Assembly (NCBI GenBank): GCA_963668175.1
Contig: OY764159.1
Span: 2,944,001-3,008,000, forward strand
DNA length: 64,000 nucleotides
Direction of reading: 5' to 3'
Source: Syntrophales bacterium
Lineage (GTDB): Bacteria > Desulfobacterota > Syntrophia > Syntrophales > PHBD01
Shown: one piece after another, positions 1 through 10,112 of the stretch
Layout: each line of letters starts with the position of its first letter
Numbering within the stretch: the stretch's first letter is position 1
Notes under the pieces: model-generated
Told to the model about the DNA's origin: nothing
The model's input: only the letters and a program-made list of their open reading frames with translations
Database searches by the model: none
Program-made: the position numbers and the translations under genes

Positions 1-1101
1 ACCATTGCCCGGAACACGAAGAAGGTATGGCAGGAAAAATCGGCCCTCGAGGCCCGTCTGGAGGAGAACGAGCGGAAGAGCAGGGAACTTCAGGAAGCGA
101 TGCAGCAGACGGACGGACGGAGACAGGCGTCCTGGGAGATCACGGCATGGTTCAAGGGGCCGGACGCCGAAGAGGCCGTGATCGGCTTCTCCTATGTCCT
201 CGCCGATTGCGGCTGGCAGCCTCTCTTCAGGCTTAACGCCCTTTCCCGCGAGAACACGGTCGTCGTCAGCCGCGAGGCCGAAATCTGGCAGCATTCCGGC
301 CGCGACTGGCAGGGAATAGATCTGGTCCTGGCCGACGGGAAAGCGACCCCGACGGCCGCACCGACGGAGATGTCGCCGTGGCGCATCGGTCCTTCCGGAC
401 CCGACGTCAAGAAGGCCAAAACGCGAAGCAGGAAGAAGCCCGTCAAGAAAACCGATTCCGGGGACAATACCGCGGACAGGCCGCCTGCGGCTCTTCTTCC
501 GTCGGTTGCCGCCGGAACCCACAGCCTGGCGTCGGGCGTCAAGGGCAGGATCGTTTTGCAGGAAGAGCGCCGGCCCGCAGAGTTCGTTTACGTCGCCAGG
601 CCCCGTGAGAGCACCCACGCCTACCTCGTGGCCACGCTTTCGCCCCCGTCCGGGCCGCCCGCCGCCGGCGGCAATGCCGCATTCATGATCGACGGGACCC
701 TCACGGGCAAACGACCTTTCGCCCCTTCCGGCCTCGAAGCAACCGTCCTGTTCGGCGCCGATCCCAGGATCGCCGTGGCGGCGTCCGTCATTCCCGTCAA
801 CCCGGCCGGGAATCCCGCCGAAAAGAAGAATGCTCCGGACAGGGAAAAAAGGATGTGGCGGAAACGGATCGACATTCACAACGGGTCGCCGGTATCCGCC
901 AAGCTCAGGATCGAGGAACCCCTCCCCCTCACCGGCGACGACCGCATCAGGGTCGCCCTCGCCTTCCTGCCGGAACCGTCGGAACGGACGACGGCGTCGG
1001 CCTGCTGGCTCTCGGACCTTCCCGCCGGAGGCAAGGCGACGGTGACGATCGACATTACCGTGGAATCCCCGCCGGGCATGAAACTGGACATGGGCTGGTG
1101 A
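1..1101 (+). CDS. DUF4139-domain (MuiA-like) protein, 5'-truncated by window edge
   Basis: Frame is open from base 1 (coiled-coil EARLEENERK...); DUF4139-like motifs 'WQPLFRL', 'IWQHSGRDWQGIDLVL', 'FGADPRI', 'IEEPLP..DDRIRV'. Confidence 0.7.
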   Translation, partial: TIARNTKKVWQEKSALEARLEENERKSRELQEAMQQTDGRRQASWEITAWFKGPDAEEAVIGFSYVLADCGWQPLFRLNALSRENTVVVSREAEIWQHSGRDWQGIDLVLADGKATPTAAPTEMSPWRIGPSGPDVKKAKTRSRKKPVKKTDSGDNTADRPPAALLPSVAAGTHSLASGVKGRIVLQEERRPAEFVYVARPRESTHAYLVATLSPPSGPPAAGGNAAFMIDGTLTGKRPFAPSGLEATVLFGADPRIAVAASVIPVNPAGNPAEKKNAPDREKRMWRKRIDIHNGSPVSAKLRIEEPLPLTGDDRIRVALAFLPEPSERTTASACWLSDLPAGGKATVTIDITVESPPGMKLDMGW

Positions 1102-1122
1102 GGCCGGCCTGGACGCGCCCCG

Positions 1123-3075
1123 CTAGTCTTTCCTTCTTCCGGCCGCGCTCTGGACGGAAAGGATGATCTGCGTGATCGCCCTCTTGGTCCGTTCGATGAC
1201 CTTCTCGTAAAACTGGCTGTTCCGCTGGACGTAGCAGTTCACGTCCGCGTAGGTCAGATGCTCCTGCTGGTCGTAGAGAAAATCGTGGAGGTGGTGCATC
1301 GACTTGAGGCGCGAGAAGAAAAGCTCGCCCCAGTTGTTGCAGTAGAGGACAGAGACATCGACAACCTCCTTGTCGATGCGGGTTTCGTCGATGCTGGCGA
1401 CGACGAGGATTTTCGTGACGCGCTCCGGCTTCAGGAAATTCTGGAAATCGATCGACGAGATATCGTAGAACCCGAACATCTCCCTGATCCTTCGCGCCAG
1501 TCCCATGATCTCCTGGATCGAGACGGGGGTCTGGTTGGGGTTCATCCGCACCTGACCGGGAGCATAGATGTCGTTCCAGACGAGGTACGCGATGCAGTAG
1601 ACAATATCCGAGCTTTCGACGAGCGTTCTCGTCTCCTCCTTGGCCGGATAGACCCGCCACGCCTTGCCGTCGACATTGAACACGAGCGTCGGCAGGTTCA
1701 GGTTCTCCAGGGGCTTGTGTACGATAGGGACCTTGTTCGCTTTCTTTTCCAGGCACGATGCGAGTTTACGGCCGATGATCGTCAGATCCTGGGGGGCGAT
1801 GCCCTGGGCGATGCCCTTCTGGAGCAGGGTGATGCCGTTGTAGATGTTGAGGAGGAGCGTCAGGGCCTGGTCGCCGAATTCCATCTGTTCGTGAAGGGTC
1901 CAGCGCGCAAAATCGTTCAGACGGTAGATTTCCTTGCGGTCGATAGCGTACTGTTTGAAGATCGGCCGGCAGAGCGTCTCCTTCAACGTCAGTTTCTTGG
2001 ACTGGAGACGAACCTCGTAACACAGGTAGAAGCATTTCTTGATGAACTCCAGGGTCTCTTCTTCCACGCCTTCGTTGTACCTGAATACGGCGTCCATCGT
2101 GAACATGCTGGGGTCCATGAAAGCCTGGCCCGTCTTCTGCGAGAGGACATGCTGCCGGAAACGGTGGCAGAGGAGTTCCTCCCGCGGAGCGACAAGGAGC
2201 ATCTCCATGAGCAGCATCTTGATGATCGACTTCAAGGGATGCGTCAGGGACTTGTTGAACTGCCACAGGGCCGATCCGAAATATTCGCCCCTGTCCACCG
2301 ATTCGAGGTTGCCAAGGTCGATGAAATCGTAGTCCCCGAGGGACCCGTAAGCGTAACTCTCGCTCAGTTCGTTGTAGTCGGCCGGCTTGTGCTCGTCGTA
2401 GCATACCCACCAGAGGGGAATCTTGCCGCAAATGAGGATCGTCGTCCGGTAGAACTCCTCTTTCAGGATATTCTTCTGCGTGCTGCCGGAGCTCTCCATG
2501 CCGATATTGCCGTAGTTGCAGGTCCTGATGTCTTCCAGGTCCGTGACGAAGAAGAAGACGGGCATGCGGAAATTCGCGTCGAACCAGTCCTTGATGAGGT
2601 TGATCTTCAGCACGAGCTGGTTCAGCACCCTGTCCTCGAACTGCTTCCTGTCGATGCATATCCAGATGTCGCAGTCGGAGCGGCTTGTCTGGCTCACCGT
2701 GCCGACGCTGCCGATGGTATAGAGGCCTTCGATGATGTTCTCGTTCGCCCGGAAACGCAGGAACGACACTTCGCTCTTGAGGCCGAACCGCGTCTTGAAG
2801 GCGGCCTCCTTTTTATGGATCTCCTTCTCCTTTTCCAGGCCGTACACCTTGAAGGGCTTCTTCAGTTCCTTGATGTAGCCGGGCACGGCGGGGTGGTTGA
2901 CGCTCAGGATCCACGGCAGGAGATAGAGGATCGCTTCGCTCTCCTTCGGGGAGAGCTGGGAAAAAATCCTTTTCCTGAACTGGTTATATGCGATATAGGT
3001 CTTTTTGTTTTGTAGAAACGTATAAGGCAGCATAGAGGACGATATCTCCCGGGAAAAGGGATATAGGTTCTCCAT
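1123..3075 (-). CDS. cyaA: Class I adenylate cyclase
   Basis: 'GLYTIGSVGTVSQTSRSDCDIW', 'ESSGSTQKNILKEEFYRT', 'GKIPLWW', 'LWQFNKSLTHPLKS' signatures; start set at ATG 3075 because the longer ORF overlaps hrpA. Confidence 0.85.
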   Translation of the reverse strand: MENLYPFSREISSSMLPYTFLQNKKTYIAYNQFRKRIFSQLSPKESEAILYLLPWILSVNHPAVPGYIKELKKPFKVYGLEKEKEIHKKEAAFKTRFGLKSEVSFLRFRANENIIEGLYTIGSVGTVSQTSRSDCDIWICIDRKQFEDRVLNQLVLKINLIKDWFDANFRMPVFFFVTDLEDIRTCNYGNIGMESSGSTQKNILKEEFYRTTILICGKIPLWWVCYDEHKPADYNELSESYAYGSLGDYDFIDLGNLESVDRGEYFGSALWQFNKSLTHPLKSIIKMLLMEMLLVAPREELLCHRFRQHVLSQKTGQAFMDPSMFTMDAVFRYNEGVEEETLEFIKKCFYLCYEVRLQSKKLTLKETLCRPIFKQYAIDRKEIYRLNDFARWTLHEQMEFGDQALTLLLNIYNGITLLQKGIAQGIAPQDLTIIGRKLASCLEKKANKVPIVHKPLENLNLPTLVFNVDGKAWRVYPAKEETRTLVESSDIVYCIAYLVWNDIYAPGQVRMNPNQTPVSIQEIMGLARRIREMFGFYDISSIDFQNFLKPERVTKILVVASIDETRIDKEVVDVSVLYCNNWGELFFSRLKSMHHLHDFLYDQQEHLTYADVNCYVQRNSQFYEKVIERTKRAITQIILSVQSAAGRRKD

Positions 3076-3167
3076 CTTATAGATGGGCAAGTTGTAAAAG
3101 TCAACCGATTGATAGGGGGAGGCTTGCGGCGGACGCGTTCTTGAGGCGCTGACCGCTTGTTGATGCC

Positions 3168-6100
3168 ATGGATAAACCGCTGAAGACATTGCCGCGACTG
3201 AACTACCAGGCGGGCCTGCCGATCCTCGCGAAGAGGGCGGAGATTGTCAGGGCCATCAAGGCGAACCGCGTGGTGATCGTGAGCGGCGAAACGGGGTCGG
3301 GGAAGACGACCCAGATACCCAAGATGTGCCTGGAGGCGGGACGGGGCAGGACGGGGCTTATCGGCTGCACGGAGCCCCGGCGCATCGCCGCCGTCACCGT
3401 CGCCCGCCGCATCGCCGCCGAGCTTAACGAAGAGATCGGCCAATCCGTGGGCTACAAAATCCGCTTCGAGGAGCGGACGGGCCGGTCGGGGCTCATCAAG
3501 ATCATGACCGACGGCATTATGCTCATGGAGGCCCAGCGGGACAGGATGCTTTCCGCGTACGACACAGTCATCGTCGACGAGGCCCACGAACGGTCTGTCA
3601 ACATCGATTTTCTCCTCGGCATCCTGCGAACGATCCTCGGGAAACGGAAGAACCTCAAGGTCGTCATCACGTCGGCGACCATCGACACGGACAAGTTCTC
3701 CCGGGCCTTCGGCAACGCCCCGGTCATCGAGGTTTCGGGCCGGACCTATCCCGTGGAGGTCCGCTACCAGCCCCCTGACCAAGGGAAAGACCAGGAGAAG
3801 GATCAGGAGGGAGGCGAAAATTACGTCGACGCCGCCGTCCAGGCCGTCGAAACGCTTCGGAACGACTACCACGGCGGCGATATCCTCATTTTCATGCCGA
3901 CCGAGCAGGACATCCGCGACACCTGCGAAATCCTCAACGGCCGCTTCGGCAACGAAGTCGCCGTACTCCCAATGTTTGCCCGCATGACCTGGACGGACCA
4001 GCAGCGCGTCTTCCAGGCCATGCCCGTCCGTAAGATCGTCGTCGCCACCAACGTGGCGGAGACTTCCATCACGATCCCCGGCATCCGCTACGTCGTCGAT
4101 ACGGGCCTCGCCCGCCTCCTCGACTACAACCCCCGGTCGCGGACGACGAGCCTGGCCGTCCGGGAAATCTCCCGGAGCAGCGCCGACCAGCGGAAGGGCC
4201 GCTGCGGCCGCGTTCAGGCAGGCGTTTGCATCCGTCTCTACTCCGAGGATAACTACGAAAACCGGCCCCGCTTCACGCCGCCGGAGATCCTGCGGACCAA
4301 CCTGGCCGAAGTCATCCTGAGGATGACCGCCCTCAAGCTGGGGAATGTGCAGGACTTCCCCTTCGTCGATCCCCCCGCCCCGAAGGCGATCCGCAACGGC
4401 ATCGAAATCCTCGAAGAGCTGGGCGCCATCCGGCCGGAAAAAGAGGAAGGACATACCGGACCGGGCGGCATCGCCCTCACGGAGAGGGGCCGCCTTATGT
4501 CGCACCTGCCGCTCGACCCCCGACTTTCGAGAATGATCATCGAGGCCCGGGAGGAAGGGTGCCTCGCCGAGATCAAGATCGTCGCCGCGGCCCTGTCCTC
4601 GCAGGACCCCCGCGAACGGCCGGCGGAAAAGGAGGCCCAGGCTAACCGGATGCACGAACAATTCAAGGACCCGGCCTCGGACTTCATGACCATGCTCAAC
4701 ATCTGGCGCCGCTACGACAAGCTCCTGAAATCGGCATCGTCGAAGGGGCAGGCCCGGAGGTTCTGCCGGGACAACTTCCTGTCGTTCCGCCGCATGCGGG
4801 AATGGTACGATGTCCACGAGCAGATTTCGGACATCCTGAAGGAGCAGCGCGTAAAGGAGAAGACGGAAGCCGAGCCTCCCGCCGGCGACAAGGAGATGTT
4901 CGGCCGGATTCACAGGTCCGTCCTCACGGGATATCTTTCAAACATCGCCCAGCGGAAGGAGAAAAATTTCTACCTCGCCGCCAAGGGCCGCGAAGCCATG
5001 ATCTTCCCCGGCTCCACGATCTTCAACAAGGGCGCCCCCTGGATCGTCGCCGCCGAGATGGTCGAGACGTCGCGCCTTTTCGCCCGGATGGCCGCCGGCA
5101 TCGAGGTCGACTGGCTCGAACGCCTGGGCGGGAACCTCTGCCGCTCCACCTATTCGGAGCCGCACTGGGAAGAGAACAGGGGCGAAGTAGTCGCCTGGGA
5201 GCAGGTCACCCTCTTTGGCCTCGTGATCGTCCCGAGGCGCCGGGCGTCCTACGGCCGGATCGATCCCGAAGAGTCCTCGCAGATATTCATCCGCAGCGCC
5301 CTTCTCGAAGGGCGGATGAAGAAGTCCTTTCCTTTTCTCGTCCACAACCGGAAACTCGTCGCCGAAGTGGAAGAGATGGAGGAGAAGATCCGCAGGCGCG
5401 ACATCCTGACGGGTGAGGACATGCTCGCGGCCTTTTATGGGGAGCGCCTCCCCGGCGTCTACGACATCCGGACGCTCCAGAGAATGATCGTCGACCGCGG
5501 CGGCGACGCCTTCCTCCGCATGACGAAGGATGACGTGATGCGCCAGGAACCCGACGCGGAAGAGCTGGCCCTTTACCCGGACGAGGTCAAGCTGGGCCGC
5601 TTCCGTTTCCGCACCCGTTACCGCTTCGATCCGGGAAGCGACGACGACGGCCTCACGGTCAACATTCCGGCCGGCATGCTCTCCCAGGTGCCCGCCTCGT
5701 CCGCGGACCGCCTCGTGCCCGGGCTCCTGCGCGAGAAGATCGACGCCCTCCTCCGGGGCCTGCCGAAGGCCTACCGCAAATACCTCCAGCCTATCGGCCG
5801 GACGAGCGAGGCCCTCATGGAGAAGATAGGCGAAACGGATGCGCCACTCGTTTCCGTCCTCGGGAAGGCGATCCGCGGGCTTTACGGCGTGGATATCCCC
5901 GTCTCGGCGTGGCCGGCCGAGTCCCTGGAGAAGCACCTGCAAATGCGGGTGGCCGTCGTCGACGGGAAGGGTCGCGAGATCGCCGCCAGCCGCGACATTC
6001 ACGCCCTGCAGGCCGAGGCCCTCTCCGACGGCGAATCTGCCGCGTTCAAGGCCCTCCAGGAGAAGTGGGAAAAGAAAGGACTTGCCTCCTGGGATTTCGG

Positions 6101-6956
6101 CGACCTGCCGGAGAGTATCCCGCTGCGCTATCACGGCCGGAACGAGGGCTACGCCTTCCCGGCCCTGGCCCAGGACGGCGATTCAGTCGATATCCGGCTC
6201 TTCCGGACGGAGAGGGAGGCCCTCGCATCCCATCACGCGGGCGTCCGCACCCTTTATGCGATCCGTTTCCGGGAGGAACTCCGTTATCTCAGGAAGAACC
6301 TGACACTCCAGGCAACGGCGAAGCAGTGGGCGTCAGAGGTCATGGGCGTCAGGCCCTTCGAGCAGGCGCTCCTCGAAAAGGTCATGCACGATCTTTTCGA
6401 ACATAATATACGGACCGCCGAGGCCTTTTCGCTCCACGGCGACGACGTCCGCCCGAAAATTCTCCCGGCGGGGCAGGAGGCGGTCCGGGCGGCCGGTCCC
6501 GTCCTGAAGGCCGCCTACATGACGCTTTCGGCCGTGAAGACCCTGGAGCAGGCCAACCGGGGCAACAAGCCTGTTTTGAAATTCCTGGCGGAACTGAGGC
6601 TGGAGGCGGGAAATCTCGTCCCGCCGCATTTTCTCGCGCTCTACGACGAAGAGAGACTCGCGCACGTCGTCCGCTACCTCAAGGCCCTGGCCGTCCGGGC
6701 CGGGCGGGGCGCCGTCCACCTGGAGAAAGACGCGGTGAAGGCCCTGGAACTGAAACCCTATATCGACTGGTACGGAGAACAGACGGCCAATCTCCCGCCA
6801 TCCGCCACGGAGGAAAAGAGGCAGGCGCTCACGGCCTTCCGCTGGATGCTTGAAGAGTACAAGGTGTCGCTCTTCGCCCAGGAGTTGAAGACCGCCTTCC
6901 CCGTCTCTCCTAAACGCCTCAGGGAACAGATGGACGCCATCGACCGCTTGTTCTGA
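3168..6956 (+). CDS. hrpA: ATP-dependent RNA helicase HrpA
   Basis: GETGSGKTTQ, DEAHER, SAT, QRKGRCGR motifs; DUF3418-like C-terminus (RWMLEEYKVSLFAQEL); 1262 aa. Confidence 0.95.
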   Translation: MDKPLKTLPRLNYQAGLPILAKRAEIVRAIKANRVVIVSGETGSGKTTQIPKMCLEAGRGRTGLIGCTEPRRIAAVTVARRIAAELNEEIGQSVGYKIRFEERTGRSGLIKIMTDGIMLMEAQRDRMLSAYDTVIVDEAHERSVNIDFLLGILRTILGKRKNLKVVITSATIDTDKFSRAFGNAPVIEVSGRTYPVEVRYQPPDQGKDQEKDQEGGENYVDAAVQAVETLRNDYHGGDILIFMPTEQDIRDTCEILNGRFGNEVAVLPMFARMTWTDQQRVFQAMPVRKIVVATNVAETSITIPGIRYVVDTGLARLLDYNPRSRTTSLAVREISRSSADQRKGRCGRVQAGVCIRLYSEDNYENRPRFTPPEILRTNLAEVILRMTALKLGNVQDFPFVDPPAPKAIRNGIEILEELGAIRPEKEEGHTGPGGIALTERGRLMSHLPLDPRLSRMIIEAREEGCLAEIKIVAAALSSQDPRERPAEKEAQANRMHEQFKDPASDFMTMLNIWRRYDKLLKSASSKGQARRFCRDNFLSFRRMREWYDVHEQISDILKEQRVKEKTEAEPPAGDKEMFGRIHRSVLTGYLSNIAQRKEKNFYLAAKGREAMIFPGSTIFNKGAPWIVAAEMVETSRLFARMAAGIEVDWLERLGGNLCRSTYSEPHWEENRGEVVAWEQVTLFGLVIVPRRRASYGRIDPEESSQIFIRSALLEGRMKKSFPFLVHNRKLVAEVEEMEEKIRRRDILTGEDMLAAFYGERLPGVYDIRTLQRMIVDRGGDAFLRMTKDDVMRQEPDAEELALYPDEVKLGRFRFRTRYRFDPGSDDDGLTVNIPAGMLSQVPASSADRLVPGLLREKIDALLRGLPKAYRKYLQPIGRTSEALMEKIGETDAPLVSVLGKAIRGLYGVDIPVSAWPAESLEKHLQMRVAVVDGKGREIAASRDIHALQAEALSDGESAAFKALQEKWEKKGLASWDFGDLPESIPLRYHGRNEGYAFPALAQDGDSVDIRLFRTEREALASHHAGVRTLYAIRFREELRYLRKNLTLQATAKQWASEVMGVRPFEQALLEKVMHDLFEHNIRTAEAFSLHGDDVRPKILPAGQEAVRAAGPVLKAAYMTLSAVKTLEQANRGNKPVLKFLAELRLEAGNLVPPHFLALYDEERLAHVVRYLKALAVRAGRGAVHLEKDAVKALELKPYIDWYGEQTANLPPSATEEKRQALTAFRWMLEEYKVSLFAQELKTAFPVSPKRLREQMDAIDRLF

Positions 6957-7105
6957 CGGCTTCTTTTGCTTTCGGCGAAAACCCGGCGCCCTTTTTCGAG
7001 GGATGCGTATTGCAGGCATGTTTCAGGCGGACGACGAATAATTCATTCGCCATCCGGCCGGGAAATATGCTATTTATCGGGCGTAAATACGGGAAAGGCT
7101 CCGAC

Positions 7106-7630
7106 ATGCCCCTTTACGAATTCGACGGCAGGAGGCCGTCCATAGGCGCGGACACATTCGTTCATCCCACGGCCGTGATCATCGGCGACGCCGCCATCGG
7201 CAGCGAATGTTACATCGGAGCCGGGGCCGTTATCCGCGCCGACTTCGCCCGGATCGTCGTCGGGGACATGACAAGCATCCAGGACAACGCCGTCCTCCAT
7301 GTCACTCCCGGCGACCGCACGGATATCGGCAGCAAGGTGATCGTCGCCCACGGGGCCATCCTGCACGATGCGACGGTCCGCGACCGGTGCGTTATCGGCA
7401 TCGGCGCGGTGCTCCTGCCGAAAGCCGTCTGCGAAGAGGACGCCTTCGTCGCGGCCGGGGCCGTCGTCACGCCGGGCATGGTGGTCCCGTCGGGAAAGGT
7501 CGCGGCGGGAAATCCGGCGAAGATCGTCAGGGACGTGTCCCCGGAACTTGAGGCCTGGGTGCGCACGGGCGTGGAGGAATACCGGATGCTGACGAAAACC
7601 ACCCTGGCCACGCTGAAAGAAATATCATAG
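7106..7630 (+). CDS. Gamma carbonic anhydrase family hexapeptide-repeat protein (PaaY/YrdA-like)
   Basis: 'FVHPTAVIIGD', 'IQDNAVLH', 'HGAILH' left-handed beta-helix motifs; start MPLYEF. Confidence 0.85.
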   Translation: MPLYEFDGRRPSIGADTFVHPTAVIIGDAAIGSECYIGAGAVIRADFARIVVGDMTSIQDNAVLHVTPGDRTDIGSKVIVAHGAILHDATVRDRCVIGIGAVLLPKAVCEEDAFVAAGAVVTPGMVVPSGKVAAGNPAKIVRDVSPELEAWVRTGVEEYRMLTKTTLATLKEIS

Positions 7631-7647
7631 CTTACGGAGAAATTTTT

Positions 7648-8163
7648 GTGACGTTTAGGCAATTCCTGGAAAAATACCGTCTGCCCATCACAATCGTCCT
7701 GGCCCTCGCCGGGATCGGGGCGATGGTTCTTTACGAGACCTGCGATACGTCGTGCTCTTCCCTTAAAGGCGATGTCTTCGGGATAGACCTGAAATTCGTC
7801 GGTCCGGCGTTCATGATTGTGATCGTGATCCTCGCCTTCCTCAAACAGAACGATCTGATCCGGATCATGCTGGCAGCGGGGATCGGCGTCGAGATATTTC
7901 TTTTCGCCTTTCAGGTCCGGGAGGATGTCTTCTGCCAGTTCTGTCTGGCTTTTGCCGTCATCGTCGCCGCGCTTTTCATCCTTTACTACAACGGGCCCCA
8001 CCGGGAGCGCCGTATGCCGAGGCGTCTCCTCTTCCTCCTCGGCTCCGCAGACATTCCCTTGCTGGGAATCAAAGACCTGCCCCTGATCCTTTTCGTTGTC
8101 CTGGGCTATATCGCCATTACCCTCACCTTCAACGGCGGCGTGATACCGACTTACGGCGCCTAG
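7648..8163 (+). CDS. VKOR-like membrane thiol-disulfide protein
   Basis: About 5 hydrophobic helices; loop Cys pair CDTSC and CxxC (FCQFCL) at the start of a TM helix. Confidence 0.55.
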   Translation: MTFRQFLEKYRLPITIVLALAGIGAMVLYETCDTSCSSLKGDVFGIDLKFVGPAFMIVIVILAFLKQNDLIRIMLAAGIGVEIFLFAFQVREDVFCQFCLAFAVIVAALFILYYNGPHRERRMPRRLLFLLGSADIPLLGIKDLPLILFVVLGYIAITLTFNGGVIPTYGA

Positions 8164-8222
8164 GACGACGTCAGGCCGTCATGACTATTTTTCATCCGTC
8201 GACGGGCCGGCATCATCTCCGA

Positions 8223-9758
8223 TCAACCGTTCCCGGACGATTCTCCTTCCCGTTTCTTCACAATCATGAAAATACCCGCCATCAGGGCGTAACCCAGGGC
8301 GATTGCGTAGTGTGCGTTGGTCGCGGCTTTCCAGGGCAAATAGAGTTCCCCCGCAGGCGACAGGGAATGGATGATCCCGAAGAGGGTTAAGCAGGCGCAG
8401 ATCACGGCGCACAGAGCCGCCCGTTTCGGCCGGTTGTCGATGAGGCAGGCCAGCATGCTGCCCCAGAGAAGCGCCGTGACGATGAAGCCGTTGCTTAAGG
8501 CCGTCAGGGTCTGGAGCAATATCTGCAAATGGACGGGGAGCGAAGCCCTGGCGACGGACGCCGCCCCCAGGAACTGGTTGAGCATGATCATGACCAGGTC
8601 CGCGGCCACGGGGAGAAAGCAGATGGTTACGGCGGGGGAATGGTCTTCCGGCGCTTCCCGGTAGGCCTGGCGGACGATCTCGAAGCCGATGTAGATGAAG
8701 ATCGGCGCCAGGACCGCCCGGGGGACGAGCCCCACGATGAGCGAAAGGAGGCCCACGACGGAGCCGACGCCCATGCAGAGCCCCGTGGCGAGGGTATACC
8801 GCCAGGTCGCTCCCATCTTCTTGTAGGCCGGATGGCCGATGTACGGCGTCGTCTGGGCCACCCCTCCGAAGAAAGCGGCCACCACCGAGGTGAGGGCCTC
8901 CGTCAGCAGGATGTCCCGCGTGCGGTAGTCGTCGCCCGCGAGACGGGCGCTTTCCGTGTTGTTGATGCCGCCGACGATCGTCAGGATGCCGAAGGGCACG
9001 GCGATCGGCAGGTACTGGATGCTCCGGGGGAGGTCCATGAGAAAGGCCGCTGAAAAGGACGGCAGGGAAAAGGTCACATCGAACTGCGGCGGCTGGAATT
9101 CCGGGAGGTATCCGCCGTAACCCAATGCGAAATGGGCGGCGGTGCCCAGGACCACGGCGACGAGTACGCCGGGTACGCGCCCCGGCAGCTCCATGCGTCC
9201 GATCAGAACGGCGAAGATGATACCCATCGCCACCATGCCGACGACGGCCTCGTTGAAAAGCTCGACGAGCGGCAGGAATCCGATGAGGAGGACACCCAGG
9301 CCGGCAATCGCGCCGAGAAGGCCGGCGGTCGGGACGATGCGCTGGACCCATCCTCCCAGGAACGACATGACGATCTTGACGGCGCCGATCATGAAGAGCG
9401 TCGCCATGCCGATATGCCAGGTAAGTTCCGCGTCGCCCGTGGCGAGATAGGCCGGACCGAGGACGGCGTAGGCCAGGCCGATGGTCGACGGCGTATCGAG
9501 GCCCAGCGGCATCGCCGTCACGTCGCTGCGGCCCGTTTTTTTCATCAGACGGAGGGCGAGCCAGGTGTACACAAGATCGCCGCAGAAGACCCCCAGGGCC
9601 GTTCCGGGTATCATCCGCGTCAAAATGATGCCCGCGGGATAATTAAAGGTAAAGACGAGAATGGCCGATAGGAAAATCAGAACGCCGACATTGTCCAAGA
9701 AGAGAGCCAGAAAGGCCGTCGTTTCCCCCCAGAAGCTCTGCCGGTTTGCTTTCGTCAT
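8223..9758 (-). CDS. NCS2/AzgA-like nucleobase permease
   Basis: 511 aa, more than 12 TM segments; 'TAMPLGLDTPS', 'NTESARLAGDDY', 'YIGHPAYKKMGA'. Confidence 0.7.
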   Translation of the reverse strand: MTKANRQSFWGETTAFLALFLDNVGVLIFLSAILVFTFNYPAGIILTRMIPGTALGVFCGDLVYTWLALRLMKKTGRSDVTAMPLGLDTPSTIGLAYAVLGPAYLATGDAELTWHIGMATLFMIGAVKIVMSFLGGWVQRIVPTAGLLGAIAGLGVLLIGFLPLVELFNEAVVGMVAMGIIFAVLIGRMELPGRVPGVLVAVVLGTAAHFALGYGGYLPEFQPPQFDVTFSLPSFSAAFLMDLPRSIQYLPIAVPFGILTIVGGINNTESARLAGDDYRTRDILLTEALTSVVAAFFGGVAQTTPYIGHPAYKKMGATWRYTLATGLCMGVGSVVGLLSLIVGLVPRAVLAPIFIYIGFEIVRQAYREAPEDHSPAVTICFLPVAADLVMIMLNQFLGAASVARASLPVHLQILLQTLTALSNGFIVTALLWGSMLACLIDNRPKRAALCAVICACLTLFGIIHSLSPAGELYLPWKAATNAHYAIALGYALMAGIFMIVKKREGESSGNG

Positions 9759-10112
9759 CGGTTACGTCCAAGGCGCAAAACTGCGTTTTTCTGCGTGACT
9801 ATAATTGAAACCGGTATACATTACAAATGAATTCACGGAGGGCAGGCAATACGGAAAATGTGCCGCCCATTCCGGGGCGATGACGGATATCCGGTGTCAC
9901 AACGAATGGTCTAACCGGCGTAAAGCCGAACAATGTATTTTGCATGACAATTATTTATAGATTTCCTGAATAAATCTTGCTACTGTATAACATCTGGATA
10001 TCGTTCCGACCGGGAATGCGCGCCCTCACTTCGATTGACGGACGGATAAATTCCCTATCGCGATATAAGCGGGTTTCTTTTCCTGATCGGGCCGCTCGGG
10101 AAGGTATCGTCT

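Noticed and set aside
9759..10112. Intergenic region upstream of the nucleobase permease checked for a purine or c-di-GMP riboswitch
   Set aside because: No consensus aptamer elements recognised by eye; an Rfam scan would settle it
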